Positions 1 to 12,500 of a stretch of 64,000 nucleotides of DNA are shown piece by piece (the stretch's first letter is position 1; the number at the start of each line of letters is the position of its first letter). A program made the position numbers and the translations under genes. Source of the stretch: Octopus sinensis. Lineage: Eukaryota. The DNA lies in the NCBI RefSeq assembly GCF_006345805.1, contig NC_043010.1:38068001-38132000 (forward strand), given 5' to 3'. The notes beneath the pieces were generated by a model. It was not told the origin of the DNA, did not search any database, and saw only the letters and a program-made list of their open reading frames with translations.

Positions 1-117
1 CACACAGCCACTCCTGCGCCTATTGCAGATACTTTTTTTTTCTTTTGGTAGTACAGGAAATGCAGTCAGTATTGTAAGCTAATGAAATACTTGTCAGATT
101 TATAGTGCTATCACTGC

Positions 118-590
118 TTCACCCTTTAGTATTTAAACTGGCCGTATCCAGTCAAAATATTCTACTTGTTTTATTTTCAAACTGGTCAGATCCAGCCTCT
201 CACACCTACCCTTCAATGTCATTCTAAAAGTGAACAATGGTGTCATCAAAATCTTGAAGTTACAAGCTAATGCATGATTAACCTTTTAGTATTTAAACCA
301 GCTATATCCAACCCAAATATTCTGCTTGCTTTTATGTTCAAACTGGCCCGATCCAACATCTCACACCTACCCTACAATGTCATTCTGATAATAAGCAATC
401 ACATTGTGGAAATCTCAAAGCTACAAGATAATCCATGATTAATTGAAAACAATGTGAATGAATAGGCGTAGAATTTGACAGAATAATCTGAATGCTAAAG
501 GGTTGATTCAAAACTATCATCATCATCATCACCCATTAAAAAATTGTGTTATCTCCCCTCTAAAATTAAAGATTGGATTAAAAGGGTTAA
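118..590. mobile_element. Nested piggyBac-like (TTAA-type) MITE copies
   Basis: Inner copy 282-502 runs TTAA-CCTTTTAGTATT...AATGCTAAAGGG-TTGA. A related copy starts TTCA-CCCTTTAGTATT at 118, and an AAAGGG-TTAA end lies at 581-590. The segments 122-277 and 282-440 are diverged direct copies. There is no coding capacity. Confidence 0.45.
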
Positions 591-1168
591 ATCCTTTTGA
601 TTCAGTACTTCAGCACATTGTTGACTTTTGGCCATTTTCGATAGGAATGGTATGATATGCTATAAAAATGCTATCAGATTTAATAAGATGTTTAAGTTTT
701 TCAGTTTTGTATGATTTATTATAAAAATATCAGATTCAATAAGTTGTTTAATCCTTTCGCTTTTCATGGTTATTAATTTTTTTTTATTTAGGGTTAAAAT
801 AATTTTGTTTTAGTTCGGGCAGATAACCCAGTTCTTTAATGGGGGTGAGATAACCAGAAAGTACCAACTTTCTCTTGTTTGTCCACCCATCCATTTAGTA
901 CCAGTTGCATACTAGGGCCCATATCCGAAAGAACGTCTCTATTTCTGTGAATAACGAGCGCGTTACTTTTGTGTGTAGGGGAGATAACTGGAGAAAAAAA
1001 TTGAATTTTGTTGACATTTAAAGACCGAAGTTACGAGAGGAAGTATTGAAGCTATTTGCGATAATAATGCATAAACGCACACCCATACACACGTCTTTCA
1101 GTTTCCGTCCACCAAACCTACTCAAAAATCTTTGGTAGGACCGAAGCCATAGCAGAAAACTCTTGCAA

Positions 1169-1401
1169 GGTGGCGAGCCGGCAGAAACGTTAGCACGCTG
1201 GGCGAAATGCTTAGCTGTATTTCATCTGCCGTTACGTTCCGAGTTCAAATTCCGCCGAGGTCAACTTTGCTTTTCATCCTTTCGGGGTCGATAAATTAAG
1301 TACCAGTTACGCACTGGGGTCGATGTAATCGACTTAATACCTATGTCTGTCCTTGTTTGTCCCCTCTATTTTTAGACCCTTGTAGGCAATAAAGAAATAA
1401 G
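1169..1401 (+). mobile_element. tRNA-derived SINE, family A (GGCGAGCTGGCAGAA head), inserted into a minus-strand family B SINE (about 1070-1475)
   Basis: It has a head with A-box-like TGGCAGAA and B-box-like GAGTTCAAATTCC, and the body GGGGTCGATAAATTAAGTACCAG...CTGGGGTCGATGTAATCGAC, which recurs more than 20 times in the window. The flanks continue the family B sequence. Confidence 0.85.
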
Positions 1402-2210
1402 AAAACTCTTGCGCAAGTTACCAACAGTGGGACTGAATCTAAAACCACTTGGTCGGGAAGTAAATATCCTAAAACACACTCACACGTGCGCGCGGCAGAG
1501 AGAAAAGGAAAGAGGGGGGGGCCGTTAGGATACGTTCAGGAAAAAAAAGAGAAATTGCTGGAGTTGATTTGTTCGACTAAACGCTTCAATTCAGTGCCCC
1601 AGTATGGCCGCAGTCAAATAACTGAAATAACTAAAAAAAAAAAAGAGATATTTTTATATGGAAATTTTTTGGTAAGGTTTTTAAAATTAAAATCTTCAAA
1701 AATAAAATAACAACTATTTTTCTATTTTATTAATCATGTAATTAATAAAATAAAATAAACTTTAGTTACAAGTTTTTCAAGAGAAAACCTTTTGTATGGA
1801 TTTTCCAAAGTCTTAAAATATGGCTTAAAAATCGACGACGCAACGATATGATCTAAGGTAGCTAACTCCCGTAATACAATTTTTATTCAATGGGAGTTGT
1901 TTCCCTTGGAAGGCATATCTGCGCTGTTTTGAAAATGCTTATCTGATTGGGGTTTTTTCAGACAATTTTCAATCTGTCATACTTTTGAGGCATTATTGTA
2001 TAATTTCTTGAAAATAATTAATAATTAAAATAACACGGGAATATTGTTTACGCTATCAGAATCGATGGAATTTTTTACCCAGTATTTATACACCACCATT
2101 TGTAGCTTTATCTACTTTGAGTTCAAATATTCAAAACTAATTTCTTTCTCCCTCTCTCTCCTTCATACACAGATATACACATCACACACGCATACACACA
2201 TTTATTCTCT

Positions 2211-2395
2211 TTTACTTGTTTCAGTCATTTGATTGGAGCACTACTTTTAGTCGAACAAATTGACCGCAGGACTTATTCATTGTAAGCCTGGTACTTATTC
2301 TACCGGTCTCTTTTGCCAAACCACTAAGTTACGGGGACGTAAACACACCACCATCGGTTGTCACGCAATGGTGGGGGGGACAAACACAGATACAC
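2211..2395 (-). mobile_element. SINE family B, 3' half
   Basis: Matches the TTTTACTTGTTTCAGTCATTTGA...ACACACCA.CATCGGTTGTCA segment also seen at 13745, 35252, 57035 and 62340. Confidence 0.8.
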
Positions 2396-2940
2396 ACACA
2401 AATATATGTAGCAAAGCACAAAGAAGCCAGTGCCATTTTGAAACAGCGAGATCTTGCCTGCAACCATTGCCATACGTGAGACAAAAACAAGATCTCACCT
2501 GCAACCATTATTTAAGGAAAAGACAAAAACTTTTTCCCTCTCATTCTTCTCATGCTGTCGCCAACCAAGACATCAAAGCCAGGAGCTCGCAGCAAGACTT
2601 TTGTCATGCTGTGATACCACATGCATTGTCTCTAGAGGTTATTGAACCTCACATTGTATGGGAGACAAGGCTGTGAAGATGGTTACTGAAAGCAAACCCC
2701 TTGTACGAAGCACCTGTGAATAAACGGTTATTGAATTTACTTCACCTGAGAACTTCATTCTTCGTATTTCCAGCTTCTTGAATCAACAGAATAATTATAA
2801 TGGAAGAAGATACCCCAAAAGAATCATAAAAACCTTCCTTCCATTATCTATCTATCTATCTATCTATCTATATATATCTATATATATATATATCTATATA
2901 TATATCTATATATATATATCTATATATATATATATATATC

Positions 2941-3210
2941 ATCATCATTTAGTGTCCGCTTTCCATGGGTTGGACGGTTCAACTGGGGTCTGGGAAGCCA
3001 GAAGGCTGCACCAGGCCCAGTCTGATCTGGCAATGTTTCTATGGCTGGATGCCCTTCCTAACGCCAACCACTCCATGAGTGTAATGGGTGCCTTTTACGT
3101 GCCTCCGGCACTGGTATCACAGCTACGATTTCCATTGATATTGATCGATTCTGATTCTCACAAGTAGAGTTTTGTGTCCCAAGAAGGAAAGGTATGCATA
3201 AGTGGACTGG
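2941..3210 (-). mobile_element. Interspersed repeat, probably a SINE or LINE 3' end (GGATGCCCTTCCTAACGCCAACC type)
   Basis: It has a (CAT)n end and a motif I recognise from retroposon 3' tails, and is flanked by (TA)n. There is only one copy in the window. Confidence 0.5.
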
Positions 3211-3261
<51 letters not shown>

Positions 3262-3388
3262 GTAGACAGTTTCTGTCTACCAAATCCACTCACGTTAGAA
3301 GATACCTGCCCAAGGTGCCACACAGTGGGACTGAACCCAAAACCCTGTGGTTTCAAGCAAGCTTCTTACCACAAACCCACACCTGCAC

Positions 3389-3419
<31 letters not shown>

Positions 3420-3428
3420 TACATACAC

Positions 3429-3494
<66 letters not shown>

Positions 3495-3660
3495 TTCTAT
3501 ACACAGGCTGTACATTGTTACATACTGTGTCCTTTTGTTTTTAGAGTTACACTTGTCTCAAAATTCGCTCATAGAATGTGTATGTTTCTCTATTTAAATG
3601 TGTGTGTTGAAATATTTCGTCCATCTTACACTCTTATGTTCAACCAGTAATTAACCACAC

Positions 3661-3708
3661 TATCTCTGTCTCTCTTTTTTTCTCTCTCTCTTTCTTTTAC
3701 CACAACAG
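3661..3708 (+). promoter_or_regulatory. MGAT1: Polypyrimidine tract and 3' splice acceptor of the MGAT1 last coding exon
   Basis: About 40 nt of C/T tract followed by CACAACAG, with AG at 3707-3708, directly before a phase-0 codon GCT. Confidence 0.85.
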
Positions 3709-3822
3709 GCTGGAGTCCCTCGTGCCGGCTATAGAGGTGTAGTCAGCATCATTCACAAGTCAAGACGAGTCTACCTGACACCACCCGCGACATGGTCCGG
3801 TTATAACCCAAATTGGAACTAG
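3709..3822 (+). CDS. MGAT1: Terminal coding exon of alpha-1,3-mannosyl-glycoprotein 2-beta-N-acetylglucosaminyltransferase (GnT-I)
   Basis: Translates AGVPRAGYRGVVSIIHKSRRVYLTPPATWSGYNPNWN-stop (TAG 3820-3822). This aligns by eye with the human MGAT1 C-terminus as I recall it (SGVPRAGYRGIVTFQFRGRRVHLAPP.TWEGYDPSWN-stop), including the stop position. I found no upstream exons in 1-3660, so they probably lie left of the window. Confidence 0.92.
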   Translation, partial: AGVPRAGYRGVVSIIHKSRRVYLTPPATWSGYNPNWN

Positions 3823-4194
3823 ACATCACCTCCAATGCCACCGACAGCAACACTACCTTCGCCAACATCAATGCCATCTCCCCTCTCTTGAACCATCTCC
3901 CACCCTCAATTTTTTTTTTTTTTTTTTTGTGTGTATGTTTTGTTTTTGCTGCTTTCAAGTATTGAAATCATCCTTATCATCATCACTATCATCATCATCA
4001 TCATCATCTTGATCAGTATCATCATTAGCAGCAGCAGAAACCACATTAACTTTAGCAATATCAGTGTTGGAAACGGAACTCTCTCTCCCTTTCTATCTCT
4101 CCCTCACACTCATTCCTCTCACTTTCTCTCTCTCTATCTATCTCTCTCTCTCTGTCCTTTCTCTTTGTCTCCTCTTATATGATCCCGATACCAA

Positions 4195-4258
<64 letters not shown>

Positions 4259-4530
4259 TGTATTTTAATGTGTATAAGGAACCCCCTAATTTTGCGGGCT
4301 TAAAATTTTGAAAAAAGGTTTTGTAAGGGATTATAATACTATCCATATATAAGAAACTCCCATATTTTTTAACCTAATTTTTGACAAAAAGGGGTTCCTT
4401 ATACACATTAATATACAGTATATATATATATAAGTGTGTGTGTGTGTATATTTGTGTATATATATGTGTGTGTGTATACATATACATATATATATATGTA
4501 TACACATATATACACACACACAGACACACG

Positions 4531-4563
<33 letters not shown>

Positions 4564-4743
4564 CACACACACACACATATGTGTGCGTGTATGTCTGTCT
4601 TTCAGTCCATCTCTCTTTTCCCATAGCTGTCATCAGCAACAGTAATAGCAACAACATCAGAGCCATTGCCAATATCGCTGAATTAGAAACGTAACATTGC
4701 CATTCCTTCATTTCTCCCCTTTCGTCTTGTTCCTCTCTCTCCG

Positions 4744-4824
<81 letters not shown>

Positions 4825-5509
4825 CTTGTCTCTGTCTCCACACACACACTTATTTCTGCTTCTTTTCTTACGAGACACCTTCTGCAGCAGTAAAACATCA
4901 ACATCATCATCATCATTACCAACAGCAACTGGCAGCAGTATCTACTGCAGAAATATTTACTTTCACCCCCTCCCTCATTCCGCCCCACTCCCATCCAAAT
5001 TTTCTCCCCCACTCCCACCCACTCTTTCCATACCAACATCAACAAACATTGCCTGACCATTGTTGGTCAAGTGTCCAATGTGGTGGGAGAAGGTAGCAAG
5101 ACTAAGAGAAAAGACATAAAAGATGAAGAACGGTGAAGGTGGAGTTGGCTGAACACTCCGATATGACTGAACGGTGTATGGTGGAGGGAGAAACAGTGAG
5201 AACTGTCTCTTTCTCTGAGTCTCAACTAACACCAGCTCATCACATGCTCAGCTCAACTCAGGTGAACACAGCTCAACTCAGTTCGGATCAGTCCAGTCCT
5301 GCTTGGCTTGGCTTGGATTGGCTACATTTGGGTCTGCATATCTTAGCTTGGATCAGCTTGGTTTAGCTGCGGGTTTGGCTATGCTCTTATCTCAGATCAG
5401 CTTGGTTTCACTGGGTTTGGCTACGCTTACCTCGAATCAGCTCCGCTCAGGAATGTGTATGGATGAAGAGAATGGTGAGCTGTTCCTATAACCAAGTTCT
5501 GCTGTGGTC

Positions 5510-5552
<43 letters not shown>

Positions 5553-6079
5553 CTGTTTTTGTACATTAATGTGGTGTAGTCCTAGCTCAACCCTAGGCTA
5601 ACTGACCACTTTGATCAAAGGCAATTCAACCGTGACTATTCTGTCTTTTTAGAGCCCTATTGGACTACATCACTTAATGTGTCCTTCCTTTATTTGAGAC
5701 TAGGGTATGATCTGTGAAGAAATGTTTGGCTGTTATTTCTAGTGAGTCGAGTAACCATGTCAAGACTCTATCATTGTGTATTACATCTACATGTGTGTGT
5801 GTGTGGGCATGTGCGGTGTGTGATGGTTTTCCTCTCCTCCTCCCTCCTCATTCTTCCAGGAACAATGAAATATCAAAGCACTAAGTGCAATACAGATTAT
5901 CAAACATGGGTTCACTGTGATTCTGTGGCTGTAATACATCTTGTCTTGTGGTGAGCAATGAGTGTATGTATGTGTGGATGTACCAATGTATGAATGCCAT
6001 TCTGTTTAGCTGTCGGTGAAAAGCTTTGCATGCATATATATATATGTATGTAAATAAATATATATATGTATGTAAATAA

Positions 6080-6123
<44 letters not shown>

Positions 6124-6257
6124 TGTATGTAATGTATGTGTGTGGGTTTGTGAGATATCAGGTTGCGAATTGTAATTCGTCTCTGAGTGATTTTAAACAA
6201 AGGACTTCAATTTGGCTGCACAGCTCCTTGCCTCACCCCTGCTTGTGAAGACATACA

Positions 6258-6291
<34 letters not shown>

Positions 6292-6981
6292 AGGATGCAA
6301 CAATGTATCAGCCCATAGTGTGTATATGTAAGTACATGAGTACATTATATATATATATACATGCTCTAGTGCATGTGTGTGTGTGTTTATGTCCCAATTT
6401 ATGTATGTTTATAATGCATGTTCCACTTACATTTGGCCTCTGCTTGTTTGCATAAGAGTGTGTGTGTGTGTGTATGTGTAAATATAAAAGAATGCATGCG
6501 TGTATCATGCATGTGTGTGGGGATGTATGTATGGATGGATGGATGGATGTGTATAAACTATTATTTCTTTCTGTTTGCAAAGATTTAAAAGAAAAAGAAA
6601 AAAAGAACTGAGAAAACAATTACTAAAATGAAAGATTAAAAAATGTTTAAAAGAAAGGAAAAAAACAAAACAAAAGCAAACAAATAAAAAATAAATAAAT
6701 AAACAAACTGTGAAGCAAAACAGAGGAAAGAAGATTCTAGTGACTCTTGTAATTCCAATGAAGCAATCGAAGAACTTTTTCCAGAATTTTTGGCTGAAAG
6801 CCGTCTGCTCTTTTGCCAAAATATCTATAAACCTGCCAGCAACTTGAGGTCTTCAAACAGTCAAAAACGGACGGCCTGTTTCTTTTCTTCTCTCTCCTCT
6901 CCTCCCACTCTCTCTCTCTCTATTTCTATCTGCTCCCATCTCTCTCTCTCTCTTTTTTTTCTCTCTGTATAATTGTGTGTA

Positions 6982-7014
<33 letters not shown>

Positions 7015-7176
7015 TCTTTCTACCTGTTTTGTCTTTCTCTATGTTGCAAATGTGCGCCCTTCACATTTTCAGTGTTATTCATGCATGCATTTCTAAATCT
7101 GTGTGTGTGTGTGTGTATATATATATATACATACATACATACATACATATATATAAATATATATATATATATATAT

Positions 7177-7219
<43 letters not shown>

Positions 7220-7976
7220 CATACATACATATATATATATAATATATATATATATATAATATATATCATACATACATATCTATATATATAAATATATACA
7301 TATATATATATATACATATACATATATATATACATATATATATATACATATATATATATACATATATATATTATATATATATATATATAATATATATATA
7401 TATACATACATATCTATATATATACATACATACATATCTATATATATATACATACATATGTTGGTGTGCATGTGTGTGTGTGTACTCCTGTACATACATA
7501 TGTGTGGGTGGGTGTGAGTGCACACACATATATGTAATATGTTTGTGTGTCATATATGTATGAATACACATGTAATTATGTCTCATACATGTCTTTATAT
7601 ATATGCTATACATACTGTAAGTATGTTTTATATAAACCATACATATACCATATATATATATATACACACACACACTACACATGCACATAAATTTATGTAT
7701 GTACAGGGACACATATATAGACATGAATGTCTACATACCATCTCCAGCTGCTGTGTATAGTGTATCTGTGCAAGTGTCTCTCTCTGTTCTGCTCAGTCAG
7801 CACAGAAGGACATTGCTATTAGTATTCCTGTTAGTTAACCGAAATATTGAGATTGCGAAATATGTTTTTGGTTGCATATTCATCTGTACCTCATTCTATA
7901 TTTCTTGCCATTCCTCGCAATTACTTCCTTTATGTGTATTATACATACATACACTCATACACACATTAATATGGAA

Positions 7977-8029
<53 letters not shown>

Positions 8030-8277
8030 TATGCATATGCATTCCCCACAATAAAAGCATTGCAAGTTTTGTTGCAGTGTATATTTCCATGTGTGTACAC
8101 ACACACACACACAGTCACACACAGACATGCATATGCGTGTGTATATGTATATGTGCATGTTTTATTCCATATTTCAGTTCTTATTCTTTGTTTTGTTCTA
8201 TTTTTGTTTTCTTTATCATCTTCATCATTATAATTATTATTAGTATTATTATTGTTATTATAATTATTATTAATATT

Positions 8278-9037
8278 ATGGCGAGCTGGCAGAAACATTA
8301 GCACGCCAGGCAAAATGCTTAGCTGTATTTCGTCTATCTTTAATGTTCTGAGTTCAAATTCCGCTGAGGTCGACTTTGCCTTTCATCCTTTCAAGGTCGA
8401 TAAATTAAGTACCCCAAAATTTTGGTCCTTGTGCCTTTAGTAGAAAGGATTATTATCATTATTATTATTATTATAAACTTTTTTTAGGTGAACGGAAACA
8501 GTTGCACTCAAATGGGGTTTTGACTTTTTAAATTTATTTATATATCTATTTTTTTTTTTTTTTTTTTTGTTATCATAGAGAACTCTAAGGGAAAGTCTAA
8601 CAGAATTTAACTTTTGGTGTGTGTGTGTATGTGTGGAGGGGGGATTAATGGGTGGCTGGGTTTTTATGTGTTTTTGTGTCACTATACTCCATCATATTGC
8701 CCCCAGCATGTTGCGTGGCTTCTCTGAATTCTTCCATTCCATTTGGCATTCTTTGAGTGTGTGTACGTTGAGCTGGATTTAATAATGCACTCTTAATTTG
8801 TGGAGCCCCCTTCAGAGAAATTATGCTCTGAGAAAGGAGATGATAGCCATGCTATGTTGTTCTCTTCTTCTGATTAAATTCCTTAAGATATTTCAAAAAA
8901 CATTCTTAAGCTTCCTTTTCCTTTTTTTTTTCTTTTTTTTTTAAGTTATTTTGTTGTTTTTGAGGGTCTAGGGTTATTTTTGCTATTTTTGTTTTTAAAA
9001 TTGAATTCTTACCTTGGATTTTTATGCCAAGATTATA

Positions 9038-9087
<50 letters not shown>

Positions 9088-9530
9088 GCTGGCGGAATCA
9101 TTAGCACGCTGGACAAAATGCTTAGCAGTATTTTGCCTGTCACTGCATTCTGAGCTCAAATTCTGCCAAGGTCGATTTTGCCTTTCATCCTTTCAAGGTC
9201 GATAAGTTAAGTACCAGTGAAACACTGGGGTTGATGTAATCAAGTAGCCCCCCCCCCCCGCCCGACACCTAATTTCAGGCCTTGTGCCTTTAGTAGAAAA
9301 GATTATTATTATTATTAAGGCGGCGAGCTGCAAGAATCTTTAGCACGCTGGATGAAATGCTTAGTGGTATTTTAGCCATCGCTACATTCTGAGTTCAAAT
9401 TCCACCAAGGTAGACTTTTCCTTTCATCCTTTCAGGGTTGATAAAATAAGTACCAATGAAACACTGGGGTCGATGTAATCAACTTATCCCCACCTCCCCC
9501 AAGCTGCCCTTGTGGCAGAAATTTGAATTA

Positions 9531-9564
<34 letters not shown>

Positions 9565-12500
9565 CGTTTTTTTATGAAAGCAGGTCAAAAGAATAAGACA
9601 CTGAGAAAAAGTACCTTGTGGTATTTGCATCACTTTACATTCTCTATTGTCAAAAACCCTACTAGCCTGAACTTCACTATTTTTCTTCCCTCCCGTATTG
9701 ATGAAGTAGATAGCTATCATATATTGGGGGGGGGAGCGGGTCAATAAGCTGAACATGCATCTCCACTTGAATTTTTTTTCATCGTACAATGGAGGTGGTT
9801 GCTACTATTATTCTGGTTATTATTATTATTAATAATAAGGTGTGCTGAGCTGGAGGAACCGTTAGCAACACCAAGATTTAAATGCTTAGCAACATTTCAT
9901 CCGTCTTGACATTCTGATTTCAAATTTTGTTGAGGCCACCTTTGCCTGGGGTTGATAAAATAAATGCCATTTGAGTACTGGGGATCAGTGAAATCGACTT
10001 ACCCCCTCCCCTGATCTTGCTGGCCTTGTGCCAAAAGTTGAAATCATTATTATTATATGAGTTCAAATTCCACTGAGGTTGACTTTGCCTTTCAGCCTTT
10101 CGGGGTAGATAAATTAAGTACCAGTTGCGTAATGGGATTGATCTAATCAACTGGTCTCCTCTCCCAAAATTTCAGGCCTTGTGCCTAGAGGAGAAAAGAT
10201 TATTATCTTTATTATGATAAAGTGACTAAACATCCTCTGAAGTCCACAGGCTGGTTTTAGATTAAATAGCCCACAATTTCATTGTCTTCCACATTCAGAG
10301 TAGGGCAGCAGAAGCAGGTGGTTGATGGAGAGAATAACTTGAGATTGAAAGCAACGCATTATGGTGCATCTTGTTCTGGCTACTGGATCGAGGTTAGCAT
10401 GTTACATGCGTCAACGTCCCCTTTTCTTCCTTCAAATATTGGCGTGTGTCCTGGGATCCCAATTTCATTCTCCTGAAATAATGTGTATAGTTAAAGGGAG
10501 CAATCGCCAGGCCTACTTTGCATTTCATCCTTTCGGGGTTCGATAACATTAAAAAAGTTGAGTACTGGAGTTGATGTAATCAACTAGACCCCAACCCCAC
10601 CCCATATCTCAAGTCTTGTGTCTATTATAGGGGGGGGGGGATTATTATCATATGCATGGTAGTGCATGCTAATTTGGTTAGCAGGTATCCTATCTTGAAG
10701 CTTGCTGGCAACAAGTCTCCTCAAGTCTCAAGAATGCTCCTTAAGATTCTTACAGAATATAAGATGGTAATTTTCTGCAAGTCTGTTATTATTATTATTA
10801 CTATTAAGGCAGCGAGCTGGCAGAGTCGTTGGCACACTAGGTGAGATGCTTGGTGGTATTTTGTCTGTCTTTGCGTTTTGAGTTCAGATTCCTCCGAGGT
10901 CGACTTTGCTGGAGGTGATGAAATAAATAACCAGTGAAACACTGGGGTCAATGAAATTGATTAGTCCCCTCCCCAAAAATTTCAGGTCTTGTGTCTTTAA
11001 TAGACAGGATTATTATTATTTGTCTGTTCTCGTGACTGTACCTTTATATCAGTCAAGGGTAAACTGCAGCCCACAGGACTTTCTGAATGGCACACTTTGT
11101 GCCTGTATTAGAAAGGATCATTATTATTATTTATTTATTTATTTGTTGCCCACAAGGGAATAAACATAGAGGGGACAGACAAACGGATTAAGTTGATTAC
11201 ATCGACTCCAGTGCGTAACTGGTACTTATTTAATCGACCCCGAGAGGATGAACTCAAAACGCAGTGGCAGACGAAATACCTATTTCTTTACTACCCACAA
11301 GGGGCTAAACACAGAGAGGACAAACGGATTAAGTCGATTATATCGATCCCAGTGCGTAACTGGTACTTATTTAATCGACCCCGAAAGCATGAAAGGCAAA
11401 GTCGACTTGGCGGAATTTGAACTCAGAACATAGCGGCAGACGAAATACCGCTAAGTATTTCGCCCGGCAAACTAACGTTTCTACTAGCTTGCTGCCTTAT
11501 TATTATTATTAATAAGGCAGCGAGCTGGCAGAATCGTTAGCACGCTGGGAAAAATGCTTAGTGGCATTTCGTCCGTGTGTGCGTTCTGAGTTCAAATTAC
11601 GCCGAGGTCGACTTTGCCTTTCATCCTTTCGGGGTCAAAAAATTAAGTACCAGTGAAACACTGGGGTCGATGTAATCGACTAGTCCCCTCCCACCAAATA
11701 TCAGGCCTTGTACCTTTAGAAGAAAGGAGTATTATTGGTAGAATTGTTTGTATTTTGCACAAAATGCCTTGTGGTATTTGTTCCATGTCTTTAAATTCTA
11801 AGTTCTGATCCTTTGGTGGGTGGGTTAACTTTAGCTTTCATCTTTTCCGGGTCGATAAAATAAGTACCAGTCAGGTACTGGGGTAGATGTAACTGACCAA
11901 TCCCGGCCCCTTAAATTTGCTGGCCTCATTCCAAAATTAGTATTCTTTATTAAACATTTCAGTGGTGGAAAACGTCTGCTGAGAAGCAATTCAGAGCCTT
12001 AGAAGCTCGCTGTTTCAGTATCATCTTTGAGTTATCTCCGAGTCTCGCCAGGGATTGGCTTTGCTTCATCCTTCAAAAACTTCCTAACATTTATCAAAAT
12101 AATCAGTATGTAAACTGAAAACCATTTCAATCATGAACTGTACTGCTTCTTTAAAACATAATATTCATCCCTCTCATCTAAGAAATCGTGTTCTCGTCAA
12201 AATTTGCCAGCCTTCTACCTAAATTAGAGATCATTACTTTCAGTCTAGGTCGACTTTGCTTGTCATCCTTTTGGGGTGGATGAAAATAAGTACCCGTTGA
12301 GCACTGCAGCTCAATGTAATCGACTAGCCTGCACCCCCTTCTCCTCCAAAATTTCAGGCCTTGCTCCTAAATTAAAAAGTATTATTATTTTTATTCAGAC
12401 GGCGAGCTGGCAGAAACGTTAGCACGCCGGGCGAAATGCCTAGCGGTATTTCGTCTGCTGCTACGTTCTGAGTTCAAATTCCAAGGTCGACTTTGCCTTT

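Noticed and set aside
2778-8313. Many track ORFs rich in YI, HT, CV, LS and YLSI runs, here and throughout the window
   Set aside because: They are translations of (TA)n, (CA)n, (GA)n and (TATC)n repeats, which lack stop codons in some frames.
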